This document shows positions 61,541-64,000 of a DNA stretch of 64,000 nucleotides, piece after piece (the stretch's first letter is position 1; every line of letters begins with the position of its first letter). Origin of the DNA: Fistulifera solaris (taxonomy: Eukaryota); assembly GCA_030295235.1 (NCBI GenBank), contig AP026150.1:186001-250000 (forward strand), in the 5' to 3' direction. Under the pieces are notes generated by a model. It saw only the letters and a program-made list of their open reading frames with translations, made no database searches and had not been told where the DNA came from. A program made the position numbers and the translations under genes.

Positions 61541-62095
61541 GCAAATCAATTATCAATAAATAAATTCACAAAGATGTGCGCGCATATCTTTTTTACCCCT
61601 TAACATTTCGTGTCTATCAATATTGGTTTATTTCGACATGATTTCCTCTCGTCCATCGTGTAGATTCAGGGCAGGGCAACATGCATATTTCCTTTGATCA
61701 ATTTGTGTATCACTTGAATGATTAGCCTGCGTTCTGTAATCTCAAGTCTTGTATTGTATGAAGTACAAAGCTGTAGCGGTTAGAGCATGAGGAGGAGAAG
61801 AGGCATCATCGTGATTGACTTCTTTCTTGTGATGGAAAGGCTCCTCTTCAGCAAAAATGTTTTGGTTCCTCCTCTAGATGAACGAGTGACTGGGATAAAC
61901 TCGTGATTGCTTCTTCCCTTGAACTTGCTCCTTCGACACTATCTTGACGTCACTTTTTCGATGCGAGATTTTGCAATCCTAAAATCTTTCTCCAAAACAA
62001 AATAATAATAATAATAATAAAAGCCGCCATACCTTTTCCAGTGAAGTTATCATTCGTTTTGTATTAGGGTGCCAACAAAGAAAACGCACACAACA

Positions 62096-63530
62096 ATGTG
62101 GAAGCAATACACAGTAATAACAGCATGCATCGCAGGAACAACACCAACCTCCGCATGGCTTCCCACTTTCTTCCGATCGTCCCCTTCGAGCACAACAGCA
62201 TTGTCGGTTCAAAATATTATCCTCTCCCCCAGCGAAGATCCCACCACGTTCGATTCGTACAAAATTGGCAATGCCCGTGTACACCGGTACGCCCGGGATG
62301 CGACCGACAGTGACGCTGAATACGTCATGTGGTATCACGGTCGATCCATCGAAATGCAACAAGATACGGAAACACGTTTGCCACCCCTCAGTACGGGACG
62401 CATCGGTCGTGCGACCAGTCGGAATGGATTGATTTGGGAAAAAGATACCGTCGGGAGTGTATCCGAAGACATTCCCGGTGTCAGTTTGGGACTCAATCAA
62501 GATGCCTGGTGGAGTTTTGATGTCGCTCATTGTGGTTTGGGCAATGTCTTGTTGCCCATGAGTACTCCAGCTGTCTTGGCGGAAGGTGGAGTCTATCTCA
62601 TGTATTATCATGGTGGGAATTTTGAAGAAACGCCGCTCGCGGAGTATATGCCGGAGTCGTCGGCCGCCACGGATGTTGTGGTGCAGGGTATGAAAATGAG
62701 AATTGGTGTAGCGGTATCGCAAGATGGTGTCACATGGGGTCGTGTGGAAGGAGATGATCCGACCGGAGCCATGGTAGTACCCTTTGATAAAAAGGATCCC
62801 AATTCGTGGGAGAATGTGGCTGTATCGGATATGCCAGAAGAATTGTATTGTGCGTGGCCGGATGTAGCCGTCGATTTGAGAAAAGACACGGAGGATGACA
62901 CGTCCAAGAATGACGAACCGAAAAGTCAAGACAGCTTTCTCATGTACTACAGTACCATGCTGAAAGATACAAAAGAGAAGTGCATTGCTTACGCCACTTC
63001 GGCCGATGGATTCCGGTGGAAGAAACAAGGTATTTGTTTACGACCGAGCGATCCGCAGGATCAAGCAGGATGTGCCCGGTGTTGTGTGTTTCAAGATGCT
63101 TCGTACGATGCCGCTACGTCCACTTGGACGCCCGAATCCGAATGGAAAATGTTATACGAAGGAGTATCGCCGAACGATGGGAAACATCGTATCCTATGGG
63201 CCGTTTCGCAAGATGCCAAAACGTGGAGCAAAAAAGGTATTGCACTGGATGTAGGGGCAGATGGCACATGGGATTGTGGTGGTGTTGGTTCTCCTCATAT
63301 CATTCGGTAAGAAGTTCATGGCGTGGTGTATGATATCAGAAACTGCTCTCTCTTTCTCTCTCTCAATCTTAATGTAATTTTCTTTTGCTAGAATGGATGA
63401 TGGTACTGAACGAATGTATTACACCGGGCAAGGAGCGGATGGGAGCACTTCGATTGGTGTCGCCAAGCTGTCCACTGAAAACGGAAAACAGACGTGGATC
63501 CGAGAGCAGGCTTCCTTTTCATTTTCTTGA
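62096..63530 (+). CDS. Five-bladed beta-propeller glycoside-hydrolase-like protein (GH32/43/130-like fold), probably plastid-targeted
   Basis: Repeated blades MWYHG / MYYHG / MYYST / MLYEG / MYYTG followed by IGxAxSxDGxxW; presequence TSA-WLP; intron 63307-63391. Confidence 0.8.
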
Positions 63531-63647
63531 TTACGTTCATTGCAAGCTATAGTATGGAGTAATTGTACGCGCTAGGGAATGTTGCTACACAAATTATTGT
63601 TTTGCTTTGCCAATCACCTAACATTCCTCAAAGCCCTCAAGCGGTAA

Positions 63648-64000
63648 CTCAAGGGTCGTATGACCACGAGTCGTCCTCGACCTCAGTTTCCTCTTTGTTC
63701 GAAGAATAAAGCATAATGAAGTGCTTTGTCGAAGAAATGTCATCATCCATGGAATCATCATCCACTCTATTGTCACTGTCATCGTCGTCAAAAATGCCTA
63801 AAAGATCAGCAAAGTTAAAACCTTAAATCCATAATTGAGTGACGCCACAATTCTTACAAAGGGATCTTACCAGTTCGTCTAAGTTTTGGGTCTCCCACAA
63901 CGCTTTCTGCGAGCCCCCTTGCTATGCTCGTTTCCATTTGCTTCATTGTCGCGTCCAAAGTTCTTAAACTCTATTGATTTTGAATGCAACTTGTGAGAGC
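63648..64000 (-). CDS. Possible 3' exons of a gene entering from the right edge
   Basis: Donor-like CTG|GTAAG near 63870 and an acidic open frame (DDDDSDNRVDDDSMDDD) ending in TGA near 63648; no domain recognised. Confidence 0.3.

Noticed and set aside
61979..63028. 349-aa minus-strand ORF
   Set aside because: It is the antisense shadow of the beta-propeller gene.

Overview
Gene-dense eukaryotic DNA from a diatom. The evidence is short GT-AG introns, bipartite plastid presequences, a diatom-type HSF and a CoDi-type Copia element. A six-copy orphan gene family resembles, from memory, expanded hypothetical proteins of Fistulifera, so the genus assignment is tentative. About 30 protein genes are present, including MCM2, TM9SF, VPS60, a two-pore K+ channel, stromal processing peptidase, SDH3, a COX6C-like gene, TRAPPC2L, a parvulin, a centrin-like gene, MMADHC, GCDH, ADAT2, SLX9, HisIE and RPL14. 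The window also holds a 200-bp (TATC)n tract and a full-length, young Ty1/Copia element (43349-50456) with a 5-bp TSD, non-canonical TG...GA ends and a half-tRNA-Met primer site. Many genes carry single-base indels in homopolymer runs, most likely assembly errors. The top hypothesis is a plastid-targeted protein at 19006-20462 built from two tandem RbcX-like domains, in a lineage whose red-type Rubisco is not known to use RbcX. All homology calls are by eye and from recall; no database search was run.
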